A stretch of DNA of 64,000 bases from Bacteroidota bacterium (GTDB lineage: Bacteria; Bacteroidota; Bacteroidia; Chitinophagales; Chitinophagaceae): assembly GCA_013285855.1 (NCBI GenBank), contig JABDGW010000003.1, positions 16,810-80,809 of the forward strand, in the 5' to 3' direction. Shown piece after piece: positions 9,206-19,280 of this stretch; the stretch's first letter is position 1, and every line of letters begins with the position of its first letter. Position numbers and translations under genes: made by a program. The notes beneath the pieces were generated by a model. The model worked only from the letters and a program-made list of their open reading frames with translations. It did not search any database and had not been told where the DNA came from.

Positions 9206-9772
9206 TTAATTTGGCAAAGTGCTGTCCGGTACATTGATTGGACCTTTTGCATTTGTTATCGTCCAGTGGGTAAAGTTTTGATCGGCAGTTAAACCTGTGC
9301 CGTCAATCTTTTCATCAGGTTTACGTATATGTACAGGTACAGTGGTATAAATTAATTCTTTGTCCTGATCCCACCACAATTCTTCGCAGCGCAAGGTATC
9401 TCCATCCACATTATAAACTACAACACTATCACGCAAAAAAACAAGGCGCTCATCATTGTAATACAAACCGTATTTAGCAAACAACTTGCTTTGAATTTTT
9501 ACGCTGTCATAAAAATCTACATGCAATGATTTTGAAAATTCTGTTTTAGGCGTATCACTGCGTATCATCGTCATAAGCGGTGCAGTAAGTTTTGCCTTTA
9601 CAATTCCATCCTGGCTTAAAAAGCTTTCAACATTGGTGGCTGCATCTACAGGAATTTTTTTCTTGGCCAAATCCTGTACTTCCTGGTAATTATTATGACA
9701 ACCGCATACAAAAAAGCAGCCGCTTAAAAGGGCTGCCTTTACTATTTTTATATGCTTCAGTTGCCTAATCAT
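9206..9772 (-). CDS. lptC: LPS export periplasmic protein LptC
   Basis: Lipoprotein-like N-terminus; KAKLTAP, DSVVV, TLRCEELWWD, GTGLTADQ typical of Bacteroidota LptC; follows coaX and an OM protein gene. Confidence 0.8.
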   Translation of the reverse strand: MIRQLKHIKIVKAALLSGCFFVCGCHNNYQEVQDLAKKKIPVDAATNVESFLSQDGIVKAKLTAPLMTMIRSDTPKTEFSKSLHVDFYDSVKIQSKLFAKYGLYYNDERLVFLRDSVVVYNVDGDTLRCEELWWDQDKELIYTTVPVHIRKPDEKIDGTGLTADQNFTHWTITNAKGPINVPDSTLPN

Positions 9773-11174
9773 ATTTGCGCTTGATAAACCAGATATCGCT
9801 TAAAGATAAACCAAGTGAAAATTTAAAAAAGTTTTCAGTAATATTATTTACGTTGCTGCCTCTTTTGCCAAACTCAATAGCTGTATTTATCATGGTAAAC
9901 TGGTTATCATAAGAATGATATCTTTTTAAATTAAATGAATAGCCTAAAGTAATTGCCTGTACGTTATAACCATTGCCATCTGCATTTATATAATCTTTTC
10001 CCCTGTAGTAACCAACACGATAAAGCCCATTGCCAAAAACACTTTTATTACCAAAAGGAGTTGGAGAAAATTCTGCACCAACACGTATCATCCAACTATC
10101 ATTTACCTGGTCAGGAGAGCCATAAAATAAATACTTAGACCATTGCATAAAACTATAATCAACACCAATACCCCATTTCTTCACCTGGTAAGGGCCATTA
10201 GTAGACATTTTGTTCAGCATAAAGCCGCCATTAAAACCAAGAGGTATATTAATCTTTCCCTGAACGCCGGATACTTTGTATACACTGTCAATCCTTAATA
10301 TACTGCCATCACTATTATAAAAAAAGGTTTCACTTGTATGATCTCGTGAAGCTTTTAAATCCTGCTCAAGTGTGCCTGAAGCACCAACTGCAAGTACATA
10401 AGAATTTTTAATTTTTGACACAGGATCTGTTATTTCTTTAAGCGTGAAGCTTGCCATCATGCCGGGAGTTAAAAACACTCCCCAGAAATGCGTCGTATCT
10501 GTTGAATTGGAGCCATACCAGTTTTCATAAGAAGAATCTGAAGGGAAATTAATTTTAGTACTTATAAATTTAGAACCCCATTCATAGCCAAAATTAAATC
10601 CTACACTAACACTGTTTGCTGGTTTGGCTTTATTTTTCCAGATTTTGCCTAAGCCAAAAAATACCTGGTTCATACCACCGTTACCTCCATACAATTGATT
10701 CAGGCTATCTGTGGTACCAAGACTGTCATATGAAATATGGCTGCCCTGTGCTACGCTGTAATTAATTCTTGTTGCGGGCCTTATTCCAAATACCAGCCCT
10801 GCAGTATTTATATTTTTTGATTTAGTTAAGGGAACACCTAATTGCAGGTAAGATGGAAGTAGATTGGTTGATTTATATTTATCAACAGGGTTTGCGCTTG
10901 ATAAAGAACGCGAATCAATAGACAGGGAAAAATCATACGTAACAAGATGTATAGAGCCATAACTGGCAGGATTTATTGTATTAATGGCCTGGGTGCTGGT
11001 ATAAGCAGCACTAACACCCCCCATGCCGCGTGATGTAATATTTTGCTGCGGGTAAATATCACCTAAACCATACCTTGAGAAAGGAGAGTTTTCCTGGCTG
11101 TAAGAAACCAAAGAAACACACAATAAAACAACACAGATCGAAAAATATTTAGCCATTGGTTTCACTAAGTGCAT
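9765..11174 (-). CDS. Outer-membrane beta-barrel protein (FadL-like)
   Basis: Signal peptide, NSPFSRYGLGD...GMGG...NPASY and C-terminal WFIKRKYD; lies between coaX and lptC. Confidence 0.75.
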   Translation of the reverse strand: MHLVKPMAKYFSICVVLLCVSLVSYSQENSPFSRYGLGDIYPQQNITSRGMGGVSAAYTSTQAINTINPASYGSIHLVTYDFSLSIDSRSLSSANPVDKYKSTNLLPSYLQLGVPLTKSKNINTAGLVFGIRPATRINYSVAQGSHISYDSLGTTDSLNQLYGGNGGMNQVFFGLGKIWKNKAKPANSVSVGFNFGYEWGSKFISTKINFPSDSSYENWYGSNSTDTTHFWGVFLTPGMMASFTLKEITDPVSKIKNSYVLAVGASGTLEQDLKASRDHTSETFFYNSDGSILRIDSVYKVSGVQGKINIPLGFNGGFMLNKMSTNGPYQVKKWGIGVDYSFMQWSKYLFYGSPDQVNDSWMIRVGAEFSPTPFGNKSVFGNGLYRVGYYRGKDYINADGNGYNVQAITLGYSFNLKRYHSYDNQFTMINTAIEFGKRGSNVNNITENFFKFSLGLSLSDIWFIKRKYD

Positions 11175-11874
11175 ACAAACCTTTAAAGATTAAATGAGGG
11201 TTTGCAAATATCTTGTTTTTGAGCAGGGACACAAAAAAGCGCATATCACCACCGGTTAAATGCACGTTAAAGTTGCTGTATCGCAAAGCATATTCATTAA
11301 TAATTCCATCCATTTCTTTTGCCATACCAAGTATAACACCGCTTTGCAAATTTGTGTTTGTATCATACCCAATAAGCGGAAAATTTGAATGTGGTTTTGC
11401 AAGCGGAAGTTTAGCAGTGAATTCATGCATAGCTTTAAAACGCATTTCAAGGCCTGGAGAAATAGAACCGCCTAAAAATTCATGAAACTTATTTACAAAA
11501 TTGTAGGTAATGCATGATCCCAAACCAATGATAAGGTTATGTTGTTTTGGATAGAAATAAACTGCTGCTGCAACTAATGCTAACCTGTCTGCACCAATGG
11601 TTTCAGGCTTGCCAACAGGTGTTGTGAAAGGTAATTTAGATTGATCGCTAAGCTTATGAAATTTTGTTTTCTCAGCAAGCAATGTTTCTATTGCTGTGTT
11701 ATGATCAATAACAGATGATAAAATAGATCTTGACGGATTGTATTGCGATAGAATATTTGCAATGGTTGATGTATTATCATCAGGTATTGTGATTTCTTCT
11801 TTTAATTCACGGCCATTAAACAATGCACATTTTAAACGTGTATTTCCAAAATCGAAGCATAGTGTGCTTTGCAT
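11149..11874 (-). CDS. coaX: Type III pantothenate kinase
   Basis: DFGNTRLK, GADR, GGSISPG, LTGGD motifs. Confidence 0.93.
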   Translation of the reverse strand: MQSTLCFDFGNTRLKCALFNGRELKEEITIPDDNTSTIANILSQYNPSRSILSSVIDHNTAIETLLAEKTKFHKLSDQSKLPFTTPVGKPETIGADRLALVAAAVYFYPKQHNLIIGLGSCITYNFVNKFHEFLGGSISPGLEMRFKAMHEFTAKLPLAKPHSNFPLIGYDTNTNLQSGVILGMAKEMDGIINEYALRYSNFNVHLTGGDMRFFVSLLKNKIFANPHLIFKGLYALSETNG

Positions 11875-11879
11875 ATAAA

Positions 11880-12530
11880 TTATATTTTGCCTGAATTAAA
11901 ATCAAATCCCTTTAATTCTTTAAAATGGCCATTCAACTGAATTTTCTTTTTCAGGTTTTCAATGCCTGCAGCCAATGGAATTATTTTTTTTAAATGACGC
12001 CGTAAATATTCAATGCGCTGGTCTTCACGCAATAAACATAGCAGTTCATATTCCTCTTGTAATGAAAGACCTGCATGATGTGCAATATCATAACTTTTTA
12101 ATTCTTCATCAGGTTTATTAAATTGTTTGTTTACATGCAACAGCCGATGCAGTTCCCGTGTACCATCAATTATTTTTTGTACATGTTCGCTTACACTATT
12201 TTCATCATTGGTTAAATGTTTTACAATAGCGCCGCTGTATAATTTTGCAGGTATCGAATCAATAATTTCCAAAACCCTGTACACACCTGCACCTTTTGTT
12301 GTTACATCCATTCTTCCATCCTCATATTGCTTTACAATTTCTGTGATCTGTACCAGTGTTCCTGTTTCTGAAATCTTATTTTTTAAAACAGGCGGGATGC
12401 CGAAAGGCTTTTTGTCTTTATAACAATCACTTATTAATTGCTTATATTTTTCTTCGAAAATATGAAGGTTGAGTTTTTCCCCCGGGTACACAACAAGTTC
12501 AAGCGGAAATATGGGAATAAAATTTGTCAT
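11880..12530 (-). CDS. LON peptidase substrate-binding domain protein
   Basis: IPIFPLELVVYPGEKLNLHIFEEKYKQL; no protease/ATPase domain; ATG at 12530 follows a TACTTTTG element. Confidence 0.85.
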   Translation of the reverse strand: MTNFIPIFPLELVVYPGEKLNLHIFEEKYKQLISDCYKDKKPFGIPPVLKNKISETGTLVQITEIVKQYEDGRMDVTTKGAGVYRVLEIIDSIPAKLYSGAIVKHLTNDENSVSEHVQKIIDGTRELHRLLHVNKQFNKPDEELKSYDIAHHAGLSLQEEYELLCLLREDQRIEYLRRHLKKIIPLAAGIENLKKKIQLNGHFKELKGFDFNSGKI

Positions 12531-12605
12531 AACATGCAAAAGTAACTTAGGTCAACTTTACTGCCGCAAACCCGATACGCTTATTTTTGTTTAAAAGAAA
12601 GGGCT

Positions 12606-13610
12606 TTGAAGACCATTTCAAATATTATTTTAAGCAGAACGGATAGTATTGGAGATATGATATTAACATTACCAATGGCAAAAGCAATCAAAGATCATTT
12701 GCCTGATGTAAAAGTTTTTTTTCTCGGACGCGAATATATAAGGGCTGTTGTTGATGCTTGTATTTATGCAGATGGCTTTATTGAACTGAGTGATTTTTTG
12801 AAAGATGATTTTTTAATTAATGGTAAAAAGGCTAATGCTATAGTTCATGTAAAACCTTTAGGTTCCGTAGCAAGCCACGCAAAAAAATTAAAGATTAAAT
12901 GGCGTATTGGGACAACAAACAGGCTTTATCATTGGAACACCTGTAATAAACTGGTTAAATTAAGCAGGAAAAAATCTAACCTGCATGAAGCGCAACTGAA
13001 TTTAAAACTGCTAAAGCCTTTTGGTATTATAAAAGAATTTTCGCTTGAAGAAATACAAAGTTTGTATGGCCTGGAAAAAATAAGACCATTAAGTAAAGAG
13101 TACGCTCATCTTTTAGACAACAAAAAATATAATCTCATATTACATCCAAAGTCAAGAGGCAGTGCAAGAGAATGGGGCCTGCATAATTTTGAATCACTTA
13201 TTTCTTTACTGGATAAAAGCCGCTATAAAATATTTATTTCAGGCACTGAAGCAGAGAAAAAATTAGCTAAGCCATTATTAGATAAAGTTACATCTGCGGT
13301 TACTGATATTACCGGCAAAATGCCATTAGAAGATTTTATAAGTTTTATTGCAAATTGTGATGGTATGGTTGCATGCAGTACCGGCCCTTTACATATTGCT
13401 GCAGCCTTAGGCAACCATGCTTTGGGAATATATGCACCTTTGCATGACATACGTCCGCAACGTTGGGGACCTGTTGGAAAAAATGCGGAAGTGTTTGTAG
13501 TAAACAGGCAATGTTTAGATTGTTATAAAAACAAAATGTCCTGCCATTGCATACAGGAAATAAACCCGTTGATTATAAAAGAAACGCTTGACAGGCTAAA
13601 CAAAAAATAA
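12606..13610 (+). CDS. Glycosyltransferase family 9 (heptosyltransferase-like)
   Basis: RTDSIGDMILTLP, LHP...SAREW, STGPLHIAAALG. Confidence 0.9.
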   Translation: MKTISNIILSRTDSIGDMILTLPMAKAIKDHLPDVKVFFLGREYIRAVVDACIYADGFIELSDFLKDDFLINGKKANAIVHVKPLGSVASHAKKLKIKWRIGTTNRLYHWNTCNKLVKLSRKKSNLHEAQLNLKLLKPFGIIKEFSLEEIQSLYGLEKIRPLSKEYAHLLDNKKYNLILHPKSRGSAREWGLHNFESLISLLDKSRYKIFISGTEAEKKLAKPLLDKVTSAVTDITGKMPLEDFISFIANCDGMVACSTGPLHIAAALGNHALGIYAPLHDIRPQRWGPVGKNAEVFVVNRQCLDCYKNKMSCHCIQEINPLIIKETLDRLNKK

Positions 13611-14671
13611 TGCAGCCTTTACCCAAAATAGTTTTTGATGCAGAAAGAATGCGATATGCCCAAACAGGCTTGTATTATTATTGTTTGCATTTAGGAAATG
13701 CTTTGTTACAGCAGCAGGATAATCACAATGCGCAATTGGGTTTTTACATAAACAAACAAAACATTCAATTATTTAAAACCGCTTCTTTTTATTATACGCA
13801 TCATTCCTTATATAAACATTACATGCGTTTGGCAGGCAAAGCTGACTTGTGGCACTGCACTTTCCAGGGAACCAATTATTTCCCTTCATCAGCAAACACC
13901 AGAATTGTTTTTACTGTTCATGATATTAATTTTTTGCACGAAAATTTACCGCTAAAAAAGCAAAAAAATTATTTTAATAATCTTAAAAAAAAAACACAGA
14001 ACACTGATATTATAATTGCCATTTCTGAATTTGTAAAAAATGACCTGCTAAAAAATAATTTAGCTGAAGAAAATAAAATACGTGTAATCTATAATGGCTC
14101 TAACATTAATGATGCAATTATTGCTGAAGCACCGGCAAATATTCCTTCTTCGCCTTTTATTTTTACAATAGGTATTTTAACTGAAAAGAAAAATTTTCAC
14201 GTTTTGTCTGCATTGCTTGTTAATAATAATTATGTTTTGATTATTGCAGGAATTGTAAATGATATTGAATACAAACAAAAAATAATCAGCACTGCAAAAA
14301 AACTCAAAGTAGAAGAGCGTGTAATTTTTGCCGGAGCAATCACTGAAAGCGAAAAATATTGGTACTATCAACATTGTCTTGCTTTTGTTTTTCCGTCACT
14401 CGCAGAAGGATTTGGATTGCCCGTGATAGAAGCGATGCATTTTGGTAAACCTGTAATTCTTTCCAAAGCAACTTCTTTACCGGAAATTGGCGGCGAACAC
14501 GCATATTACTTTGATAATTTTAATGAAGAGCACATGCAGCATAAATTAGTAACAACACTTAAAGATTATGCTGAAAATAATAAAGCGGAAGCAATTAAAA
14601 ACTGGAGTAAAAAATTTGACTGGAAGATAACAGCGGAAAAACACTGGCAGGTTTATGAAAGCCTGCTTTAA
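13610..14671 (+). CDS. Glycosyltransferase family 4
   Basis: TVHD, KKNF, FPSLAEGFGLPVIEAM. Confidence 0.9.
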   Translation: MQPLPKIVFDAERMRYAQTGLYYYCLHLGNALLQQQDNHNAQLGFYINKQNIQLFKTASFYYTHHSLYKHYMRLAGKADLWHCTFQGTNYFPSSANTRIVFTVHDINFLHENLPLKKQKNYFNNLKKKTQNTDIIIAISEFVKNDLLKNNLAEENKIRVIYNGSNINDAIIAEAPANIPSSPFIFTIGILTEKKNFHVLSALLVNNNYVLIIAGIVNDIEYKQKIISTAKKLKVEERVIFAGAITESEKYWYYQHCLAFVFPSLAEGFGLPVIEAMHFGKPVILSKATSLPEIGGEHAYYFDNFNEEHMQHKLVTTLKDYAENNKAEAIKNWSKKFDWKITAEKHWQVYESLL

Positions 14672-14695
14672 TAAATGTTGATTTTTTTTTGAACC

Positions 14696-15610
14696 CTAAG
14701 CTACATGCAATCTTAACTTGTAAAACATTTTTAAACAGAATAAAAATTTTCTGAACTCATTTCGCTTTTTCATAGCAAGCAGGTACTTTTTATATCTTAG
14801 GAATATGCTCATCCTGAGAAAATTATTTTGCAGCGAATGATCTTCATAGCTTTTACATAATTGTTGCAGCACCTGTTTTTCCATAGAAAGTTCCGGCGGA
14901 CAGGTGTTATAAAAAATCGCTAACCTTTTTCTTGTTTCCACTGTTTTTTCTTTTTTCTTTTTTTCCAGTCCTGTAATATTATTTGTATGCTGTCTCCATT
15001 TAACCAGTGGCTTATCCAAATATTTTATACCGCCGTGAAATGTAGCTATAAAAGCACACCAGAGATCATAAGGCATTTCCTCCGGAAAGGGGTAAGCAAA
15101 TTTTAAAATTTCTTTTTTTATTATCATCGCATGGCCACCAACACAATTATCGGTAGCGAAACATAAGCAGTTATTAAAAGAAGCCAAGCGTTTTAAATCG
15201 GAATGCTTTTTTGATAAGCTGTGTAAGCTCTTATCAACCAGTTCATCATCACAATAAATAATAGCACTATCATCTAAAGCTTCCATTAATAATTCTGTTT
15301 TGTTCAAAGCCCACACATCATCTTGGTCAGAAAAAGAAATATAATTGCCGTTAGCTAAACCGCATCCTTTTTCAAAATTTTTTACATAACCAAGATGTTG
15401 ATCATTAAAATATAACTGTATGTTTTTATGTTGTGCTGCATACTGTGTAAGCATTTCGCGGGTATTATCAGTGCTGCCATCATCAACTATAATAATTTCT
15501 ATATTTGAATATGTTTGGTGAAGAAGAGATTCCATTTGCTCCTTTAAAAATTTCGCACCATTATATGTGGCCATTACAATTGAAACAGGAGGCAAGCTTT
15601 CATTGTTCAT
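14696..15610 (-). CDS. Glycosyltransferase family 2
   Basis: VSIVMATYNG, VDDGSTD, SDQDDVW. Confidence 0.9.
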   Translation of the reverse strand: MNNESLPPVSIVMATYNGAKFLKEQMESLLHQTYSNIEIIIVDDGSTDNTREMLTQYAAQHKNIQLYFNDQHLGYVKNFEKGCGLANGNYISFSDQDDVWALNKTELLMEALDDSAIIYCDDELVDKSLHSLSKKHSDLKRLASFNNCLCFATDNCVGGHAMIIKKEILKFAYPFPEEMPYDLWCAFIATFHGGIKYLDKPLVKWRQHTNNITGLEKKKKEKTVETRKRLAIFYNTCPPELSMEKQVLQQLCKSYEDHSLQNNFLRMSIFLRYKKYLLAMKKRNEFRKFLFCLKMFYKLRLHVA

Positions 15611-15713
15611 ATTTGTATCAGTATTCCTGTTTGCAAATAACCTGATTTTAATAATATTTTAATACATTACTTTCCGTTGAATTTAATACTGCGCATTATT
15701 AACCGGTTAAATT

Positions 15714-16622
15714 ATGTTACAAACAAAAGGGCAACAATTGATACAGCAGTTAAAACACGGCAACATACAAGCATTGGCAAGAATCATTTCATTAATAGAA
15801 AATGAGCACGAGGATTATAATGATCTTTTAAAACAACTTCCTTATTCTGAAAAAAAAATAATTGGTATTACCGGGCCGCCGGGCGCAGGCAAAAGTACAC
15901 TTGTTGATTGCCTGATCAACTTATTCGATGAACAACAAAAAAAAATTGGCGTGTTATGTATTGATCCTTCCTCTCCGTTTACAAAAGGTGCGTTGCTTGG
16001 CGACAGGATAAGAATGAATGCATGGTTCAATAATCCAAATGTATTTATACGTTCGCTTGCCAGCCGCGGAAACACAGGAGGCCTGCATCCTAAAATAATT
16101 GAGATCACTGATGTGATGAAGGCTGCCCCTTTTGACCACATTATTGTGGAAACTGTTGGTGCAGGTCAAACCGAAACGGAGATTGCCGCACTTGCTGATA
16201 CAACAGTTGTTGTATTGGTGCCTGAAGCCGGCGATGAAATTCAAAACATGAAAGCCGGGCTGATGGAAACAGCAGATATTTTTGTTGTAAATAAAGCAGA
16301 CCGGCCGGAAGCTGATCGCTTTGAAAAAAACCTGCTGGCTATGCTTCATCTTTCATTCAGTACAAAACAAAAAGAAGTGCCTGTAATTAAAACGGTTGCT
16401 ACTGAAAAGAAAGGAATAGATCAGTTGATGGAGAAAATTATTTTTCACCAGATAAATGAAGCAGTTGCGGAAAAAAAAATTTCATTGCTTGCGGAAAAAG
16501 CATATTGGCTCATCAAACAAAAAAAAATGAAGGATATAAATATGCAAATGCTTGCTGAAAGAATAACAGTATTCTCCGGCAACAAAGATTTTAACCTGTA
16601 TAAATTTATTGAGGAGTTTTAG
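15714..16622 (+). CDS. meaB: Methylmalonyl-CoA mutase-associated GTPase MeaB/ArgK
   Basis: GITGPPGAGKST, DPSSP...LGDRIRM, ETVGAGQ, VNKAD. Confidence 0.93.
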   Translation: MLQTKGQQLIQQLKHGNIQALARIISLIENEHEDYNDLLKQLPYSEKKIIGITGPPGAGKSTLVDCLINLFDEQQKKIGVLCIDPSSPFTKGALLGDRIRMNAWFNNPNVFIRSLASRGNTGGLHPKIIEITDVMKAAPFDHIIVETVGAGQTETEIAALADTTVVVLVPEAGDEIQNMKAGLMETADIFVVNKADRPEADRFEKNLLAMLHLSFSTKQKEVPVIKTVATEKKGIDQLMEKIIFHQINEAVAEKKISLLAEKAYWLIKQKKMKDINMQMLAERITVFSGNKDFNLYKFIEEF

Positions 16623-16625
16623 TAC

Positions 16626-16868
16626 TTAGTTTTCTTCTTCGTTTTGCCTTAACGCCTTTTCATTTTTCCACCAGCGGTAGCCAATGTATCCGCCAACTGC
16701 AAACGGTGTAAGCATTAAATAAATGATACCTGCATTTAGTCCTTTTCCTTGTTTTTCACCTAACTGAGATGCGGTTTTTGTACAGATAGAACATTGTGCA
16801 CTAATTGTGTTGATTGATGCAATTGATAAAAATAACAGTAAACACAAGACTAGTTTTTTCATACTCAT
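16626..16868 (-). CDS. Small membrane protein with CxxC after signal peptide
   Basis: MKKLVLCLLL...AQCSICTKT...GLNAGIIYLM-TM; several possible ATGs (16862-16892). Confidence 0.7.
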   Translation of the reverse strand: MSMKKLVLCLLLFLSIASINTISAQCSICTKTASQLGEKQGKGLNAGIIYLMLTPFAVGGYIGYRWWKNEKALRQNEEEN

Positions 16869-16908
16869 CATTACAGAATGTAAAGATACCATTATACTTT
16901 AAATTTTT

Positions 16909-17562
16909 TTAAAACAGTCTTGCTGCTTTATCAGTTAATTTTTTAAAGCCTGCATACAATACATCAATTAATAATACAAGCATGATAATAACAAGCCATA
17001 TGCGGGAATGATCGGCGGGATCGAGGATATCATGTGCTGATGCGAAATACATCCTCTTAAAATCAGTAACTATATTCCAGCTTTTTAAATGTAAAAACTT
17101 TATAAGACACGCACTATAACTGCTTAAAAAAATAAAAAAAACTACAGATAGTTTTGTAAACAGGCCTGATACATGATTTCTTAGAAAAGTTTCCACATTT
17201 CTTAAAGAAATTAAACCGGGCAACAAGCCTGCAATAGCGAATGATAAAAACATAATGACATCATACACAAATGAAAAATCATTTGTTTTTTGCAAGTGCA
17301 ACATATCCGTAAGCGGATAAATGCATGCCGGAAAAAAAACTAACCAGCCAATAAGAAAAAAATAACTTCTAAACCCGCTTTCTTTTATGCTCACCAGTTT
17401 TTTGCTGATAATGTATGGCATAGATGCTAACAGAAGATTCCATAACAGAAATGTGAAATGAAGATTTGCAAAGAAAATACACCTGTAAAAAAGGAGGCCA
17501 AATGATAGTAATCCTGCAAAAATCATTAATCTTTCAGGAGAAGGTAGCTTACGAGAATTCAT
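16909..17562 (-). CDS. DUF1361-like membrane protein
   Basis: FLLWNLLLA, WLVFFP..IYPLTDMLHL motifs; multi-TM. Confidence 0.75.
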   Translation of the reverse strand: MNSRKLPSPERLMIFAGLLSFGLLFYRCIFFANLHFTFLLWNLLLASMPYIISKKLVSIKESGFRSYFFLIGWLVFFPACIYPLTDMLHLQKTNDFSFVYDVIMFLSFAIAGLLPGLISLRNVETFLRNHVSGLFTKLSVVFFIFLSSYSACLIKFLHLKSWNIVTDFKRMYFASAHDILDPADHSRIWLVIIMLVLLIDVLYAGFKKLTDKAARLF

Positions 17563-17869
17563 GATGTTTTATTTAGAAATTCAGAATACAAAGATGAATT
17601 GAGTTTAAGTACCAGTTTCAGGTTTCACTTTTTTTTAAAAATGAAATGTTAGCACAATTTTTTTTTGACCAGCGTTTAGAAAAAGTCAGGGTGAAATATT
17701 AAAGTGGTTCAATTAAGATGCAAACAATTCAAACATTATTTTTACAAACTCGTTTACTGTTAAACTGAATAAACAAAAAGTGTAAGTGTTGCCCGCAAAA
17801 TATATATTAGCTGCTCAAAAAATAAATTCTTTATTACCCAAAATTGAATACAAGAAACCGCGGGCAATT

Positions 17870-18382
17870 ATGTGTGGCCATTGCTATAACGTAAATGAAA
17901 ATGATTATGCTTTTTGCACCAACTGCGGCTATCCGCTTCAAAACATACATCTTGCAGATGCATATCATAACCGGTTGCAGCAACGCAATAAGTTTTTATT
18001 GAGGGCTGAGACCTCAGTACTTATTGCAAGGATAGTTTTATACGTAATGGCGGCATTTTTATCGCTGGGAATATTGTTCATTTTCGCGAAGGGCAACCAG
18101 AAATATTTTATTGTTATGATGGCGGTATTATTTTCGGGTTTATTTTTTTTTCTTGCATTCTGGAGCCGGAAAAACCCATTTACCGCTTTGTTAACTGCCT
18201 TTATTATTCTTATTGTATTTTCTGCAATAAATATTTTTGAAAAACTTGTTCAGTCATTTACAACGGCTGGAGGAATCACAGGCATGTTATTATGCATTGC
18301 TTTATTAATTGTTGTGATGAAAGGCGTGCAAGGCGCATATCGTATTAACTTAATTAAAGAAGAACTGCAGATAAAAACATGA
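17870..18382 (+). CDS. Zinc-ribbon membrane protein
   Basis: CGHC-x10-CTNC followed by four hydrophobic helices; ORF track starts at 17786, ATG at 17870. Confidence 0.7.
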   Translation: MCGHCYNVNENDYAFCTNCGYPLQNIHLADAYHNRLQQRNKFLLRAETSVLIARIVLYVMAAFLSLGILFIFAKGNQKYFIVMMAVLFSGLFFFLAFWSRKNPFTALLTAFIILIVFSAINIFEKLVQSFTTAGGITGMLLCIALLIVVMKGVQGAYRINLIKEELQIKT

Positions 18383-19152
18383 ATACAGGCATAACTGATA
18401 TTTATTATTGTGATGAATGCAACAGGGAAGTAAAAGGCTATCATCGCTACTGCCATAATTGCGGCGAATATCTTGGCTTTGATGGTACCAAAATAAACCT
18501 GTTTAACAATAGCAGCCTGCAGTCTGCATTTATTTTTTTTATCGTGTATTTATTTGTTTGCCTGGTTGTGCAAACCACAAACTGGTTCGATAGTTATGAC
18601 CGGCTTATTTGGGTTGAAATATTTCTTGCAGCGTTTACTTTATACCATGTGTTTAAAAATTTCCAGGCAATAAAACCGCTGCTAAAATTTCACAATTTTA
18701 ATATTGTGCGTGTTGCAGGTTGCATATCGCTTGCCGCAATAGGTTCATTTATTATAAACATTGTTGTAACTAAACTCAATTTTTCTTTTTTTGGAACAGA
18801 TACGAGTTATTATGAACATTACAGTATTTACTCAATGCCGGCATTAATAATGGTGTATTCAATTGCACTGTACCCTGCAATATTTGAAGAGCTTGCTTTT
18901 CGCGGTGTGCTATATAATTATCTTGATACATTTTTAGACCAGCGTGTTGTGGTAATTGTTACAGGCTTTACGTTTGGTATAATGCACCTGAGTTTTATTT
19001 CTTTATTCTGGCTGGTGCCGTTTGGAATTTTGGTTGGTGTTATGCGCAAAAGATTTGGAACGATATGGTACGGCGTTATCTTTCATTTCACCTTTAATTT
19101 AATAGCTGTGTTGTTTGATTTATACAGGCACGGACATTTGTGGAATCAGTAA
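18379..19152 (+). CDS. CPBP (Abi/CAAX) intramembrane protease with N-terminal zinc ribbon
   Basis: CDEC-x10-CHNC; EELAFRG, FGIMH, HFTFN catalytic motifs; ATGA overlap with upstream gene. Confidence 0.85.
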   Translation: MNTGITDIYYCDECNREVKGYHRYCHNCGEYLGFDGTKINLFNNSSLQSAFIFFIVYLFVCLVVQTTNWFDSYDRLIWVEIFLAAFTLYHVFKNFQAIKPLLKFHNFNIVRVAGCISLAAIGSFIINIVVTKLNFSFFGTDTSYYEHYSIYSMPALIMVYSIALYPAIFEELAFRGVLYNYLDTFLDQRVVVIVTGFTFGIMHLSFISLFWLVPFGILVGVMRKRFGTIWYGVIFHFTFNLIAVLFDLYRHGHLWNQ

Positions 19153-19183
19153 TTTAAATTGTATGAAACACTATGTAAATAAA

Positions 19184-19239
19184 CAATATTCAACACTCAG
19201 CGTTCAAATAATTGAATATTGATTATTGTGTATTGAATA
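19184..19239. repeat. Inverted pair of heptamer arrays
   Basis: CAATATT CAACACT CAGCGTT CAAATAA then TTGAATA TTGATTA TTGTGTA TTGAATA, between convergent genes. Confidence 0.7.
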
Positions 19240-19280
19240 TCTGGTGTTATAAATGAATCTTTCGAAAAATATTGTAAGCT

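Noticed and set aside
17645-17670. Possible sigma-54 promoter (TTAGCAC...) upstream of the zinc-ribbon pair
   Set aside because: It lacks the invariant GG at -24 and GC at -12.
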